From positions 1 through 38,397 of IMG/VR virus record IMGVR_UViG_3300010357_000254: a stretch of 38,397 nt of DNA; one strand, given 5' to 3'. The DNA is from a virus. Below the pieces are notes generated by a model, which did no database searches, was not told the DNA's origin, and was given only the letters and a program-made list of their open reading frames with translations. The position numbers were made by a program, and so were the translations under genes. Of the stretch, positions 23,195 through 32,440 are shown piece by piece (position 1 is the stretch's first letter; every line of letters starts with the position of its first letter).

Positions 23195-25263
23195 TGCTCC
23201 ATTTGCGGCATAACGCCGGGTTCTTGCTGGCCTGTGGCCATTGCAGCGCCTGCTAGCGCCGGAGGTGGCTGCATCTGCTGCGTGAGCATTGCAATCCAGC
23301 CCTTCAATTCTTCAACGTCCTGCCGCGACGTGGCATTGATGCGCGCGACATTCTCTGCCGACGCGGCCTTGATGCGCTCCTTCTCGATGCCCTGTTCTGC
23401 ATCCTGCAGCGCCGCCTCAAGCTGCTGGATATGTCCCTGCGCCTTCTGCATGATCTGCATGACTTCTGGCGGGATTTGCGGCGTCTCGCGCTCGTCTTCA
23501 TCCAACTCGTCTTCATCCAACAGTTCTGGCGGGATGGTCTTGGCGATGCGCTCGGCGATTTCCTCTGCGCCAGGCCAATCCATCGCGCGCACAACCTTGT
23601 CGCCGGCGATGTCCATCAACTTCGGCCATGACTGCCCGAACGACACCATAGACTCTGACGCCTCCTGACGAAGCGTGCTGTAACTCGGGCCAGCAGATAC
23701 CGTGCAGTCATACTGTCCGACGCTCATGTCATTGATCGTCGTTTTGAGCTTGCCGGTCTTCTCATCAAGCTCGGGCTGCTCCAGCCGCTTGTTGATCAAA
23801 GCCGATGTGATGGTGTCGTCCTCGCCCATGATGCGCGCGACGCGCTCGGTGTCGAAAAGACGCGGGATCATGTCGAGCAAGCAGCGGCCAGCTTGCAGCA
23901 CCGCGCGGTTGAGGTTATCCGTGTAGTGGAAATTGGCGATTCCGCCTTGCCGCTTCTGCTCGCGCTCTTGAATGCCTGACGTTGCCGGCCCGCGCGCGCC
24001 CAGTGCTGCGTCAAACATGCCAGTCGTTGCCTTGATGTCGTCCGATGCGTGCGCAGCCATCGTGATGGCGCCGACTGGAACATCTGCCATAGGCTGGCGC
24101 ATCGGCGGTGGCACGAGTTGTCCGCCAACGGTGCGCGGCTTGTATTCCATATACGCAAATGATCGACGGTTGGCTTGCGACCATTGCGCCTCTTTGCCTT
24201 CGAATTGCCCCTCTGCGCCGATCCATGGCGACTTGGTACGCATCGCGTATTCCTCTGTCGCCGCCGTCATCCAGTAGTCGTACATGCGTGACGGGTCTTT
24301 AGCGCCGCGAATCACGCCGGAACGTACAACTTTGCCCTCGATGTCGATTTCGTTGCCATATACCGGGAATACCGGAATCCACCGGCACGGAACCTCGGAC
24401 GACTCCAATACCTCGCCGAATTCTGCGCTGTCATCTCCTACGCACTTGCCGGCGATCTTGTAATTCACGACGCTGCGCCTCGCGCTTTTGCGCGAATTGG
24501 CGATCGTCACGCCAGGCGGCAGCGCCAATAGTTCCGATTTCCATCCTGTTTCGCCATTGCTCAAGCGGATGAGTTCATCGGCGTCTTCTTCGACGCGCAG
24601 ATACTCGGCGACCAGAATATCATCCATGTCATCGCGAGCAGCATTGCCGGTCGTCTTGCGCGTTTTGGCGATTTCGGACGATGGATATTTTGAGCAGAAT
24701 TCGGACACTCCAAGCCGCTCCTCAACGAGCACGCGGCGCGCGTCGCTGCCGTCGCCCTCGATGGAATCAGGATCGAAATGCACGGTCAGCGGATTGCGAA
24801 TGCGGACAAATCGCGGAACAACGTCAAACGAATCCTCGCGCTCATATTCCGTGATGATGCGGAAATACCCCAGGCCGGTTTCCGATGCGCTTCCAATGGC
24901 GGTATCGTAGGCTATTGATGCGTTGCTGTTGTACTCGATATACCGAATCATGCCTTGGCGGACCTTCGCCGTCTCAGGGTCCGACTCTGAATCTACCGGA
25001 TGGACCTTGATGCTCGGCTTGTTGATTCGCTGGTCGTTCTTGATCTGCCGAACGAATGTCGACAGCTTGTCAATCGTCAGGACCGGGCGCCCTTCTTTCT
25101 CTCGCAGCGCCACATCGCGGGAATCCCAATGCTTGCCGGACAGGAACCGCAGATCATCAACCGCGAGACGGCGGTTCTCAGAATTGACTTCTATGCACTT
25201 GTCGCGAAAGCGCTTGGCTTCCGCGAGTATCTCGTCGTGCTTTTTCTGATTATCTGCTGGCAT
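23191..25263 (-). CDS. Portal protein
   Basis: 690 aa, directly after TerL. Contains RRLAVDDLRFLSGKHWDSRDVALREKEGRPVLTIDKLSTFVRQIKND, typical of podovirus/P22-like portals. Confidence 0.85.
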   Translation of the reverse strand: MPADNQKKHDEILAEAKRFRDKCIEVNSENRRLAVDDLRFLSGKHWDSRDVALREKEGRPVLTIDKLSTFVRQIKNDQRINKPSIKVHPVDSESDPETAKVRQGMIRYIEYNSNASIAYDTAIGSASETGLGYFRIITEYEREDSFDVVPRFVRIRNPLTVHFDPDSIEGDGSDARRVLVEERLGVSEFCSKYPSSEIAKTRKTTGNAARDDMDDILVAEYLRVEEDADELIRLSNGETGWKSELLALPPGVTIANSRKSARRSVVNYKIAGKCVGDDSAEFGEVLESSEVPCRWIPVFPVYGNEIDIEGKVVRSGVIRGAKDPSRMYDYWMTAATEEYAMRTKSPWIGAEGQFEGKEAQWSQANRRSFAYMEYKPRTVGGQLVPPPMRQPMADVPVGAITMAAHASDDIKATTGMFDAALGARGPATSGIQEREQKRQGGIANFHYTDNLNRAVLQAGRCLLDMIPRLFDTERVARIMGEDDTITSALINKRLEQPELDEKTGKLKTTINDMSVGQYDCTVSAGPSYSTLRQEASESMVSFGQSWPKLMDIAGDKVVRAMDWPGAEEIAERIAKTIPPELLDEDELDEDERETPQIPPEVMQIMQKAQGHIQQLEAALQDAEQGIEKERIKAASAENVARINATSRQDVEELKGWIAMLTQQMQPPPALAGAAMATGQQEPGVMPQMEQ

Positions 25264-25272
25264 GCTGGAAAG

Positions 25273-26715
25273 CTAGCACATCCAACCGCCGGATGCAAAT
25301 GATTCTTCTTCGTCTGCTGGTTTCGGCTTGCACTTGGCAATATCTCTCCCGGTTCCGATCAAATAGCGCGAGGCGTCCATCAGGTGATCGTTCTTTTTCA
25401 CGACTCGCCCCTTGTCGTCCCTGCGGTACATGCGGTATTCCGAGATCCAATCAGCGCAGGACGCAAACACCTTGAGCTTTCCGGCCGACAACAGCGTCCA
25501 AACATCATAGATGCCAGCCTCTACCGCGTTATTCGCTTTTGTGAGGTCAAGTCCAAGGCTTTGGTACATTTCCATCAAGCAGCTACCATCGGTCTGTGAT
25601 CGTCCGCGCGATGCAGGATCAATCGCGCCGGGAATCCATGAGCCTCTTGATCTGATTGATTCCGCCTGTACTACCGGCTCTGCATCGCCTCGGTAATGCT
25701 GCGAGTAGAGATAGCTGGTAGAGGTTTCCCGATCAAATGCGCCCCATATTGCCGCCGTCCTATTCCATCCGACGTCCATGCCATAAGCTCGCGGCCAGTG
25801 ATTCGGAAGCGCAAAATCGGCAATCACAATATCCGACTCCGGTACCGGATAGATTGCGCCGCTGCCGAGCGCTGGTATTCCTTTAGTGCGCGCATCCCGC
25901 TGAAAAGGCATGTACGAGGCGAACAGCATCTCTTTTGCGCGCTCGTCCAAATGCGGAACATCGTCCCAAGTAGCAAGAATTACAGACCGGCTTGATTTCT
26001 CGTCTTGCTGTTCGTGGATATCGCCGCCAGGCAAAAACATCAGCACGACATCCGACAGTCCAGACAGCGGGGTGAATGTCAGCAGGATCAGCCCGCGCGT
26101 GGTTGCGGTACGCGTCAAGCATTCCTCGTAGATATCTGCTGGCGGCTCTTCGTCAAGCCAGACAAAGTCCTGCTCAGTTCCCTGAAACGACAGCCGGCCC
26201 TGGTCAAACGATTTGAACGACAGCCGAGAGTTTCCGCCGTGCTTGCTGCGCACCTCGACCAATTCGACGCCATCAGGAACGCCAGGCATTGGCACGATTC
26301 GCGCGATTGACTCTCCGGGAATCATTCCTGTGCCGCGCGCATTCTTCGGTCCTAGCAGCTTTTCAACGAGGATGTCACGGACGGTCTGGCGCGTGTCGCC
26401 AGCGGCCCATCCTTTTGTTTTGCGGTCGAATCGCCGGCCATTCCACCACGTCGGATAGTTGCCGGTCAGGTGCAGCGCCACCTCATAAGCGCCGACTCCC
26501 TCTGTTTTGCCGACTCGGTTCGCAGCCATGAACAGGCGCTGCTGATAATGCGCGCCGTCGGCAAAGCACTGCATGTGCTTCGGATACAACTCACGGCGCA
26601 GCGGCCCATCGTCGGGATAATACGTCAGCCATTTGCGCTGATTATCTCGCCGGATGCGCTCAGATAATAGCGCTTGTAATTCCAGCTTTTCTTGCAAGGT
26701 CAGCGATTCGAGCAT
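25273..26715 (-). CDS. terL: Terminase large subunit
   Basis: 480 aa. Walker A-like ANRVGKTEG, a DEEP-containing Walker B region (FVWLDEEP) and a C-terminal nuclease-like part. Overlaps terS by 56 nt. Confidence 0.88.
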   Translation of the reverse strand: MLESLTLQEKLELQALLSERIRRDNQRKWLTYYPDDGPLRRELYPKHMQCFADGAHYQQRLFMAANRVGKTEGVGAYEVALHLTGNYPTWWNGRRFDRKTKGWAAGDTRQTVRDILVEKLLGPKNARGTGMIPGESIARIVPMPGVPDGVELVEVRSKHGGNSRLSFKSFDQGRLSFQGTEQDFVWLDEEPPADIYEECLTRTATTRGLILLTFTPLSGLSDVVLMFLPGGDIHEQQDEKSSRSVILATWDDVPHLDERAKEMLFASYMPFQRDARTKGIPALGSGAIYPVPESDIVIADFALPNHWPRAYGMDVGWNRTAAIWGAFDRETSTSYLYSQHYRGDAEPVVQAESIRSRGSWIPGAIDPASRGRSQTDGSCLMEMYQSLGLDLTKANNAVEAGIYDVWTLLSAGKLKVFASCADWISEYRMYRRDDKGRVVKKNDHLMDASRYLIGTGRDIAKCKPKPADEEESFASGGWMC

Positions 26716-27097
26716 GTAGTTCTTCGTCGGTTGTTGTTTCGATTGTCAGCGCTACTTTGTCGTTCCACATCTGCAAATGACGGCCCTGCAATTCGCAGGC
26801 TTTGAGCGCAGACGTGTGATTGATCATCGCCTCGTTTCCGTTCTTGTCGTAAGCCTTGCGCATCGCGTCTTGCTTGATTAGCTCGATGTCGGTGAGCACG
26901 CGGTCTTGCGTTATCTCGGTGCGTTTTGATCTGTCTTCCATTCGCTTCGCAATCGCCGCTGAAACGTGAGCTTTCCCGAGCAACTGAGGCCCTATCCATT
27001 CCGCCGTTTTAGCGCTGTAGCCAGCCCGAATAGCCGCCTGTGTCGCGTTCAAATCGATCAGGTATTCATCGACAAAAGCGGCCTGTTTCGGTGTCAT
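26660..27097 (-). CDS. terS: Terminase small subunit
   Basis: MTPKQAAFVDEYLIDLNATQAAIRAGYS is the classic Terminase_2 N-terminus. Confidence 0.88.
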   Translation of the reverse strand: MTPKQAAFVDEYLIDLNATQAAIRAGYSAKTAEWIGPQLLGKAHVSAAIAKRMEDRSKRTEITQDRVLTDIELIKQDAMRKAYDKNGNEAMINHTSALKACELQGRHLQMWNDKVALTIETTTDEELHARIADLARKAGITSAII

Positions 27098-27276
27098 TGC
27101 GTCACCATTTCAAATTTCTCTTCAAACTCGCTGCGCTCCCGGACGAAAATCGTATGCTCGTTGTCGTCAGGGCAATAAACCGCAACAGATGTTCCGTCTC
27201 TGCTGTTCGTGCAATCAACTCCGGCAGCAAGCCATTTGTAAATCTTTCCGGTTTTCTTGTGTCGATATTTCAGCAT
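27094..27276 (-). CDS. DUF1653-like small protein
   Basis: YRHKKTGKIYKWL...VAVYCPDDNEHTIFVRERSEFEEKF pattern. ATGA overlap with terS. Confidence 0.6.
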   Translation of the reverse strand: MLKYRHKKTGKIYKWLAAGVDCTNSRDGTSVAVYCPDDNEHTIFVRERSEFEEKFEMVTQ

Positions 27277-27443
27277 CTGATCGCCTTCGCTAGTTCTTGC
27301 TGCGCCTCAATCACCCTGCGCGCCTTTTGTGTCGCCTGCTCACAAGCCATCCGCCAGGCGGTTTCACGACTAACCTCACGCCCGCTGCAAAACTGGATGA
27401 TCGCGGCGCGCTCTTCCAGCGCCTCGTGTTCGTCGTCAGTCAT
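27270..27443 (-). CDS. Hypothetical small protein (57 aa, below the ORF-track cutoff)
   Basis: Own translation: MTDDEHEALEERAAIIQFCSGREVSRETAWRMACEQATQKARRVIEAQQELAKAIRC. ATGA overlap upstream and ATGCTGA overlap downstream. Confidence 0.5.
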   Translation of the reverse strand: MTDDEHEALEERAAIIQFCSGREVSRETAWRMACEQATQKARRVIEAQQELAKAIRC

Positions 27444-28282
27444 ATCAATGCGCCTTGCTCTTGTTTGTGAATCGGGCCGCTCGGAAACATCTGCCCCTGA
27501 CGGTAAGCGTTGTCGATGCGTTCGCAGGCGATGTCGAACGCATCGCGGTCATTTTCAACCCCGATGAATCGCCGACCTTCAAGCGCACAAGCGACGCCCG
27601 TCGTACCTGCGCCCATGTGAGTATCAAGAACCAGATCTCCCGGACGCGAATAGTCCGATACAAGCGCGCGCATCAAGTGCGTTGGCTTTCCGCCCATGCG
27701 CGCCTTGTCATTCCATCCCGGACCAGCCACGTATCCGCCCGGCAGCGTGCCCCATTTCGACTGCGCCTTCGTTCGCGCCACGACGATCCAATCAGTCCAC
27801 GAGCATGGTCCGTCACCGGATAGCCGCACGCTGCGTCCTGGCTGATAAAACGGCAGCGGTGCGAACGCGTACCGGCCGACGGACTCAAGCGCACGTCGAA
27901 CAGCCAAAGCAAGCTCGCTGTCGGTCATCCAAACGATCCATCCTCGGCACAACATCGCGTACTCGGCAGCGAGGTCGGCAACGCCCGCTGGCGACAGCGC
28001 GGAATAGCCAAGCACTCGACTACTTGCCACTCCGGCGACCGAATCATGGCCAGCATGGCACCGCTTGCTATACGGCGGGTCGACAATGACCGCGTCGACC
28101 ATTGGCAGCGTCGGCAAAACCTCCCGGCAATCGCCCAATATCAGCCGACAGTCTCCGATCGTCACTTCCTCACTCATATTGGTCTTCCCGCACTTGTGGC
28201 AATCGCTCATGTATCCGCCTGGCGCATACCCCCATTTTCTGAGTCGAGCCATCGTATCGGCGGGCAGTGGATCAGGCCGCAT
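27440..28282 (-). CDS. DNA methyltransferase, N4/N6 (PF01555-type)
   Basis: AVIVDPPYS catalytic motif and C-terminal AdoMet motif DLVLDTHMGAGTTGVACALEGRRFIGVE. The start may lie further in (M36). Confidence 0.85.
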   Translation of the reverse strand: MRPDPLPADTMARLRKWGYAPGGYMSDCHKCGKTNMSEEVTIGDCRLILGDCREVLPTLPMVDAVIVDPPYSKRCHAGHDSVAGVASSRVLGYSALSPAGVADLAAEYAMLCRGWIVWMTDSELALAVRRALESVGRYAFAPLPFYQPGRSVRLSGDGPCSWTDWIVVARTKAQSKWGTLPGGYVAGPGWNDKARMGGKPTHLMRALVSDYSRPGDLVLDTHMGAGTTGVACALEGRRFIGVENDRDAFDIACERIDNAYRQGQMFPSGPIHKQEQGALI

Positions 28283-28511
28283 ACCGCTCCCGGTCGGCGG
28301 CCAGCGACACGTACCGCAGCCCGTCCCATCGCATCAACAGCTTTCCGGACTCGTCGCACACGCCGTCACGGACATGGCTGGAGAGGATCGTCGCAAGCTC
28401 CCCGCCTCCCTCTGCTGCCCCGGTTCTCAGCAGGCTAAGCGCGCATTGGGACCGCGGCCTCTTGGCCCACAACAGCGGGTCTAGGTCTTCCGAAATTGGG
28501 TTAAGCGCCAT
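28272..28511 (-). CDS. Hypothetical protein
   Basis: ATG 28511. 11-nt overlaps at both ends. 79 aa. Confidence 0.45.
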   Translation of the reverse strand: MALNPISEDLDPLLWAKRPRSQCALSLLRTGAAEGGGELATILSSHVRDGVCDESGKLLMRWDGLRYVSLAADRERYAA

Positions 28512-29142
28512 CGTCTGACGCCTTGCAATGAGCGTCTGCGGCGCTCTTGAGCCTCGCCAGCATGGCCTGTATCGTTTCTTTCCCAACTTCTCGAGAGTGC
28601 GTCTGTCCTGGCGCAGGAAGCGCCGGGAGTCGCTCCGGAATGTCGCCCCATTGTCCGATTGCAAGCTGGTCGCTGTACGCCTTCCGCCATTCCTTGTCGA
28701 GTTCCTTGAGCGACTTGCGGGACAGGTCGTAGCTCCCGATCTTGACCGCCGCCCAGTAGATCGCCGGGTGACTCCAACGGTCACTCCCTGACTCGCGCCT
28801 GGCCATCTGCTCGATGGCTTCGATGAGAGCGGATTGGTGGTCGGCAGACGGACGGCAGTCCTTGAAAAATTCGGCGAACGAAGGCGGCCAGTCTCGCCGA
28901 CGGCATGCCTTCAGCCCTGCCCGAACCTCGTCAATGGATATCCCCTCGTCGGCGAAAGCCTCAGCCCACGCGGTGCGCCAGTTCGCTATGGCGTGATCGT
29001 TGGCAAACGACGCCCGCCACTTGTTGGGGTACAGGCCATCAAGCCGGTTGAATAGGTGGTCTATCAGCGCCAAACCTTCGAGTCTTGGGTGCGGCTCAAG
29101 CCAGGCGTTCGGCGGGGATGTCGATGATGTTTGAAGCTTCAA
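28501..29142 (-). CDS. Lambda P-like replication protein (helicase loader)
   Basis: IANWRTAWAEAFADEGISIDEVRAGLKACRRRDWPPSFAEFFKDCR aligns by eye with lambda P IRRQWVLAFRENGITTMEQVNAGMRVARRQNRPFLPSPGQFVAWCR. Start uncertain (TTG at 29142, no SD). Confidence 0.65.
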   Translation of the reverse strand: MKLQTSSTSPPNAWLEPHPRLEGLALIDHLFNRLDGLYPNKWRASFANDHAIANWRTAWAEAFADEGISIDEVRAGLKACRRRDWPPSFAEFFKDCRPSADHQSALIEAIEQMARRESGSDRWSHPAIYWAAVKIGSYDLSRKSLKELDKEWRKAYSDQLAIGQWGDIPERLPALPAPGQTHSREVGKETIQAMLARLKSAADAHCKASDDGA

Positions 29143-29971
29143 TGGGGCGCGTCCGGTTGCGGTTGACGTGAGCTACTGGGTCGAACTTCACTGGGTTTGA
29201 TGGCCCCGCCCTGGCCTGTTGGCCAGCCCACTCGGCCTTGAATCCCGCCCATCCCCTTGCGCAGCATGTCGTCAGCACGTCCTGAACCGGCATCCCCGCT
29301 TTCGCAGCCTCGGCAACGACGGAGCGCAGCGCCGTGTGTGTCGGCGCCGCTTTCTTCGCCTTCCGCAGCGTCAGGTAGTCGGCCGCGGTTTGCGGATCCG
29401 CTCCCTGCTCGACCAAAAATCCTGCAGCGTCGAAACGCACAGCGGCGACAGCCGCAGGCTTTTCGGGTCGCGCGAGGTCTCCGGGATGGCCTGCGGCGCC
29501 TGTTTTTGATTCAGGAATCAGGGAATCAGGAATCAGGGAATCAGGAATCAGCCCGATTGCCACAGTGTTTGCATGGTGCTCGCACAGTGCTTGCACAGTG
29601 TTTGCATGGTGCTCGCACGGTGCTTGTTCTGATCGGACACCATTCGATCCCGGTGCAGGTATCGTGCTGGCCTTCTCGTCTCGGTGCGGATTCTGGTGCT
29701 TCGTGAAATTGACCACGTGCAGATACCGCTTCCCGCCGACCTCGTAGCGCTCGATCATTCCGGTTCCGGCCAAGGAAGTGAGAAGCGCATCGCAGTCGAA
29801 GCAGTCGGCAGGGAATATCTCCATCTTGATCTGCTTTGGGCGGTCTTCGAGACGGCCCTCTCGGTCTGCCAGGGTCCAGAGTCCAACGAAGAGCAGCCTT
29901 GCCTCGACTGGCAGTTCAACAAGGTCAGCGTTTCGGAAAAAACCCGGCTTGATGTTTCTTGCTCTGGCCAT
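29096..29971 (-). CDS. Replication initiator / replisome organiser (O-like)
   Basis: ATG 29971 (TAATG overlap, gaggg SD). N-terminus ARNIKPGFFRNADLVELPVEARLLFVGLWTLADREGRLEDRP. Iteron arrays lie in the central linker. Precedes the P-like gene. Confidence 0.6.
   Translation of the reverse strand: MARARNIKPGFFRNADLVELPVEARLLFVGLWTLADREGRLEDRPKQIKMEIFPADCFDCDALLTSLAGTGMIERYEVGGKRYLHVVNFTKHQNPHRDEKASTIPAPGSNGVRSEQAPCEHHANTVQALCEHHANTVAIGLIPDSLIPDSLIPESKTGAAGHPGDLARPEKPAAVAAVRFDAAGFLVEQGADPQTAADYLTLRKAKKAAPTHTALRSVVAEAAKAGMPVQDVLTTCCARGWAGFKAEWAGQQARAGPSNPVKFDPVAHVNRNRTRPIEASNIIDIPAERLA
29508..29552. repeat. Tandem GGAATCA/GGGAATCA repeats (15-bp unit, about 2.7 copies)
   Basis: gattcaggaatcagggaatcaggaatcagggaatcaggaatcag, preceded by tgttttt. 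Confidence 0.85.
29561..29626. repeat. 2 x 33-bp tandem repeat made of six 11-bp CAC(A/G)GTG(C/T)T(T/C)G units (candidate ori iterons)
   Basis: cacagtgtttgcatggtgctcgcacagtgcttg at 29561-29593 is repeated at 29594-29626 with one a-to-g change. Confidence 0.85.
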
Positions 29972-30429
29972 TACCCTCGCCCCTCCACAATCGCCGCCGC
30001 CTCTTCGTAGCACGTCGCCACGCCGGCCAGCCCGCCAGCCCGCTTCACCTGCTCCAGGTATGCCCGCTGCTCCTCGGTGAGGTTGTTGCGTGTCGACGGC
30101 CGCTTGACCTCGATGGCAATGACCTTGCCCGACGTGCTGAACCCGTCCAGATCGACGCGCCCCTTGGCGCACGACCGCATGAACCGCGACGGCTTGCCGT
30201 CCTTGCCGAACAGCCGCCCCGCCATCACATTGATACGCTCGATGCGCGCGACCAGGGGGTGCAGAAGCAAACCGGCAAGGATCTGGCGCTGAATGTCCCG
30301 CTCAGGGATAGACGGCTTCTTGCATGTGCCGGCACGGCGCCTGCGAGGCTGCTCAGGCGCTTCAAACAGCGCGGGCTGTGTCGATGCCTTGGCCGCGAAG
30401 TCCGTCCATTTCTTGCGCGCTGCGGTCAT
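29971..30429 (-). CDS. VRR-NUC domain nuclease
   Basis: ATG 30429 in ATGA overlap. GRVDLDGFSTSGKVIAIEVKRPSTRNNLTEEQRAYLEQVKRAGG matches the VRR-NUC core. Confidence 0.7.
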   Translation of the reverse strand: MTAARKKWTDFAAKASTQPALFEAPEQPRRRRAGTCKKPSIPERDIQRQILAGLLLHPLVARIERINVMAGRLFGKDGKPSRFMRSCAKGRVDLDGFSTSGKVIAIEVKRPSTRNNLTEEQRAYLEQVKRAGGLAGVATCYEEAAAIVEGRG

Positions 30430-30665
30430 TTCAGGCTGGCTCCAGCGCCGTGCTCGGTGGTTGTTTCCACTTTGGAAATAGCCACGCAATCCGGGCACCG
30501 CCAACCACCGCTGGCCTCCTTCTTTCGACCGGCAGTCCCCTTGTTCCACGCCCGCTTACAGACCGCACACTTGTAGCCGTGCGCGGTAATCGGGATGCCG
30601 CGCAGATCGGCAGCGGTCCGCTCTCGATAGCCTTCGACGGTAAGCGGGTGCGTGCCGTAGTTCAT
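30426..30665 (-). CDS. Small zinc-ribbon protein
   Basis: ATG 30665. Contains CAVC...CPDC. The upstream part of the long ORF looks non-coding (R/A/C-rich). Confidence 0.5.
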   Translation of the reverse strand: MNYGTHPLTVEGYRERTAADLRGIPITAHGYKCAVCKRAWNKGTAGRKKEASGGWRCPDCVAISKVETTTEHGAGASLK

Positions 30666-30802
30666 GCGCGCTTCCCGGTAGACACAAACAGCGCTACCTG
30701 TCCGAACGCGCGCAGTTTCTGCGCGAAAGTGATCGAGCGCACCCACTGCATTCCGGTCAGCAGTCGTAGCTTCTTCCGGTACGTCTTGACCTTGCGCTTC
30801 AC
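30662..30802 (-). CDS. Hypothetical small basic protein (46 aa, below the track cutoff)
   Basis: Own translation from GTG 30802: VKRKVKTYRKKLRLLTGMQWVRSITFAQKLRAFGQVALFVSTGKRA. GTGA and ATGA overlaps close the gap between neighbours. Confidence 0.4.
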   Translation of the reverse strand: MKRKVKTYRKKLRLLTGMQWVRSITFAQKLRAFGQVALFVSTGKRA

Positions 30803-31035
30803 GCGCGCAGTACCAACAAAAACTCGCGCCGCACAAACTCAACGCCGAGCACGTCTCGCACCTTGTCGGCGTACTCGTTGAGCCGCGTTTGTGCATGCAG
30901 CAATTCCTCGCCGGTCAGCCCGGCGCACTTCGCCGACAGCGCCTTGAGTTGCGCCTGCACGCAGTCGGGAAGTGGTGCAGGCAGAGCCTGAAACGAATGG
31001 ATGGGACCATCGGGCAGAGCAAACGGATAGATCAT
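30799..31035 (-). CDS. Hypothetical protein
   Basis: ATGA overlap at 31032-31035. 78 aa. Confidence 0.5.
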   Translation of the reverse strand: MIYPFALPDGPIHSFQALPAPLPDCVQAQLKALSAKCAGLTGEELLHAQTRLNEYADKVRDVLGVEFVRREFLLVLRA

Positions 31036-31445
31036 TTGCCCGGCCCCAGATAAACCGCGTCCGCGTTCAGAGCGTGATCCAGTTCCGCGCGGTATCCTGC
31101 GACGGCCGCCGTTATCGGCGCCATGATGCGCTCGACAATCTCGCGCGCCGCTTTTGCCGCAAGGTATTGCCGGCGATTCGGCGCCGACTCAATCAGGTAT
31201 GCGCCATTCGGGCGCCGAGTGATTTCCTCGGTCATGATGCGCTCCCCCGGCAGTGCATGGCGGTGAGCCTTCCGGCAGCGAAGCTTGATCGCCTCGCGCT
31301 TGGCCTGCGCAACGCCTTTGCCGACGCGTTCGTATTTATTCGGCAAGGAAAGAATCATTCCACCAGACGACATCATGTTTCTTCCGGTGTCGTGCCATGC
31401 CGCGGATATCCCGGCAATGGCGAGCAGTGCGGAAATCCCTCTCAT
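31032..31445 (-). CDS. Hypothetical protein with hydrophobic N-terminus
   Basis: ATGA overlap at 31442-31445. N-terminus MRGISALLAIAGISAAW. Confidence 0.5.
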   Translation of the reverse strand: MRGISALLAIAGISAAWHDTGRNMMSSGGMILSLPNKYERVGKGVAQAKREAIKLRCRKAHRHALPGERIMTEEITRRPNGAYLIESAPNRRQYLAAKAAREIVERIMAPITAAVAGYRAELDHALNADAVYLGPGK

Positions 31446-31807
31446 TTTTCCTCCCGTAGAAAAAGGCGCTCCCGGAGCGCGTAACCCATCAGCGGCCAGA
31501 CCTTGGTGATGGCGTTTTGCCGTGCGATCTTCCGGCCAAGCTCAGCGTCGAAGTTTTCCGGGCTAACACAGGCCGACTCTCCGGTGACGGTGAATCCGTT
31601 GCGCAGGACGAGGAGGCAGAACGTGATAAGATTTAATGAATTTTCATATACGTACGGCACGCCGCCGAGCCCCATTTCTCCGTTGACTCCGTTCGCAGCG
31701 GTGAAGTAATACTCGCTGGCGATGTTCTCCTCGATATCCTCAAGCGTCACACGCGGCGCCGTCAGACCCTTGTCCTTGATTTCCTGATCTATTTCTTCGG
31801 GTTTCAT
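31442..31807 (-). CDS. N4 Gp49 / Sf6 gene 66 family protein
   Basis: TLEDIEENIASEYYFTAANGV...LTFCLLVLRNGFTVTGESACVSPENFDAELGRKIARQNAITKVWPLMGY matches that family closely. Confidence 0.75.
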   Translation of the reverse strand: MKPEEIDQEIKDKGLTAPRVTLEDIEENIASEYYFTAANGVNGEMGLGGVPYVYENSLNLITFCLLVLRNGFTVTGESACVSPENFDAELGRKIARQNAITKVWPLMGYALRERLFLREEK

Positions 31808-31998
31808 TTCGTTTCCTCAATCAGTTTCGTCAGAACATCGCTGGCGCACCGCATGGTGTCGAGCATCGTCCGGACCTCTCTTTTCAGCAGCCGGTTCTCC
31901 GCCTTGAGTGCCTCGACTTCGATGCAGAGAGAATCGAACTCCGACTCGCAAGCCTCGACGTCACCGGCCTCGAACGGGCCATGGCTACCGACGCTCAC
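31804..31998 (-). CDS. Hypothetical coiled-coil protein
   Basis: GTG 31998 after aagggg, in GTGA overlap with 31995..32165. The track alternative is TTG 32043. Confidence 0.5.
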   Translation of the reverse strand: MSVGSHGPFEAGDVEACESEFDSLCIEVEALKAENRLLKREVRTMLDTMRCASDVLTKLIEETK

Positions 31999-32165
31999 GA
32001 CAAACCCCTTGCGGTCGTCCACGTGATTTGCGATGTATGACAAAACCTGATGCGTGTAGCGCTCAAGATCGTCAGTTCCTGCGCGTTCTTTTCTGGCGTC
32101 ACTGGCGGCGAATCGATAGCTTCAGCGTCGCCACCATCAACCGGGCCACAGCTTCCGGCGCTCAC
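31995..32165 (-). CDS. Possible small ORF filling the 32044-32161 gap
   Basis: GTG 32165 in GTGA overlap with the upstream stop. 56 aa (VSAGSCGPVDGGDAEAIDSPPVTPEKNAQELTILS...). Moderate GC3. Supported only by the coupling pattern. Confidence 0.3.
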   Translation of the reverse strand: MSAGSCGPVDGGDAEAIDSPPVTPEKNAQELTILSATRIRFCHTSQITWTTARGLS

Positions 32166-32440
32166 GGCGCAAGCCCTGCTTTGGCCGCCGCGCGCAAAAC
32201 AAAGCCGCACTTGATGCGGATGGTTTCGCGCATCAGTTCGGCAAAGCCCTGGCTGTCGTCCAGGATCGCCGCGATTTCGGACAAGACCTGGTGCTGGTAC
32301 TTCGCCAGATCGATCAGCGCCTGCGTGTCCTTCTCAGGCACGACAAGCGCCGCAGCCAGTTCGCCGTTGCCGTCGAGCAACGCAGCGATTGCTTCCGGGT
32401 TTGCGGCGCAAACGGCGCCTTTGCATTCCTCAATGCTCAT
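32162..32440 (-). CDS. Hypothetical protein
   Basis: ATG 32440 in ATGA overlap with the methylase-like gene. 92 aa. Confidence 0.55.
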   Translation of the reverse strand: MSIEECKGAVCAANPEAIAALLDGNGELAAALVVPEKDTQALIDLAKYQHQVLSEIAAILDDSQGFAELMRETIRIKCGFVLRAAAKAGLAP

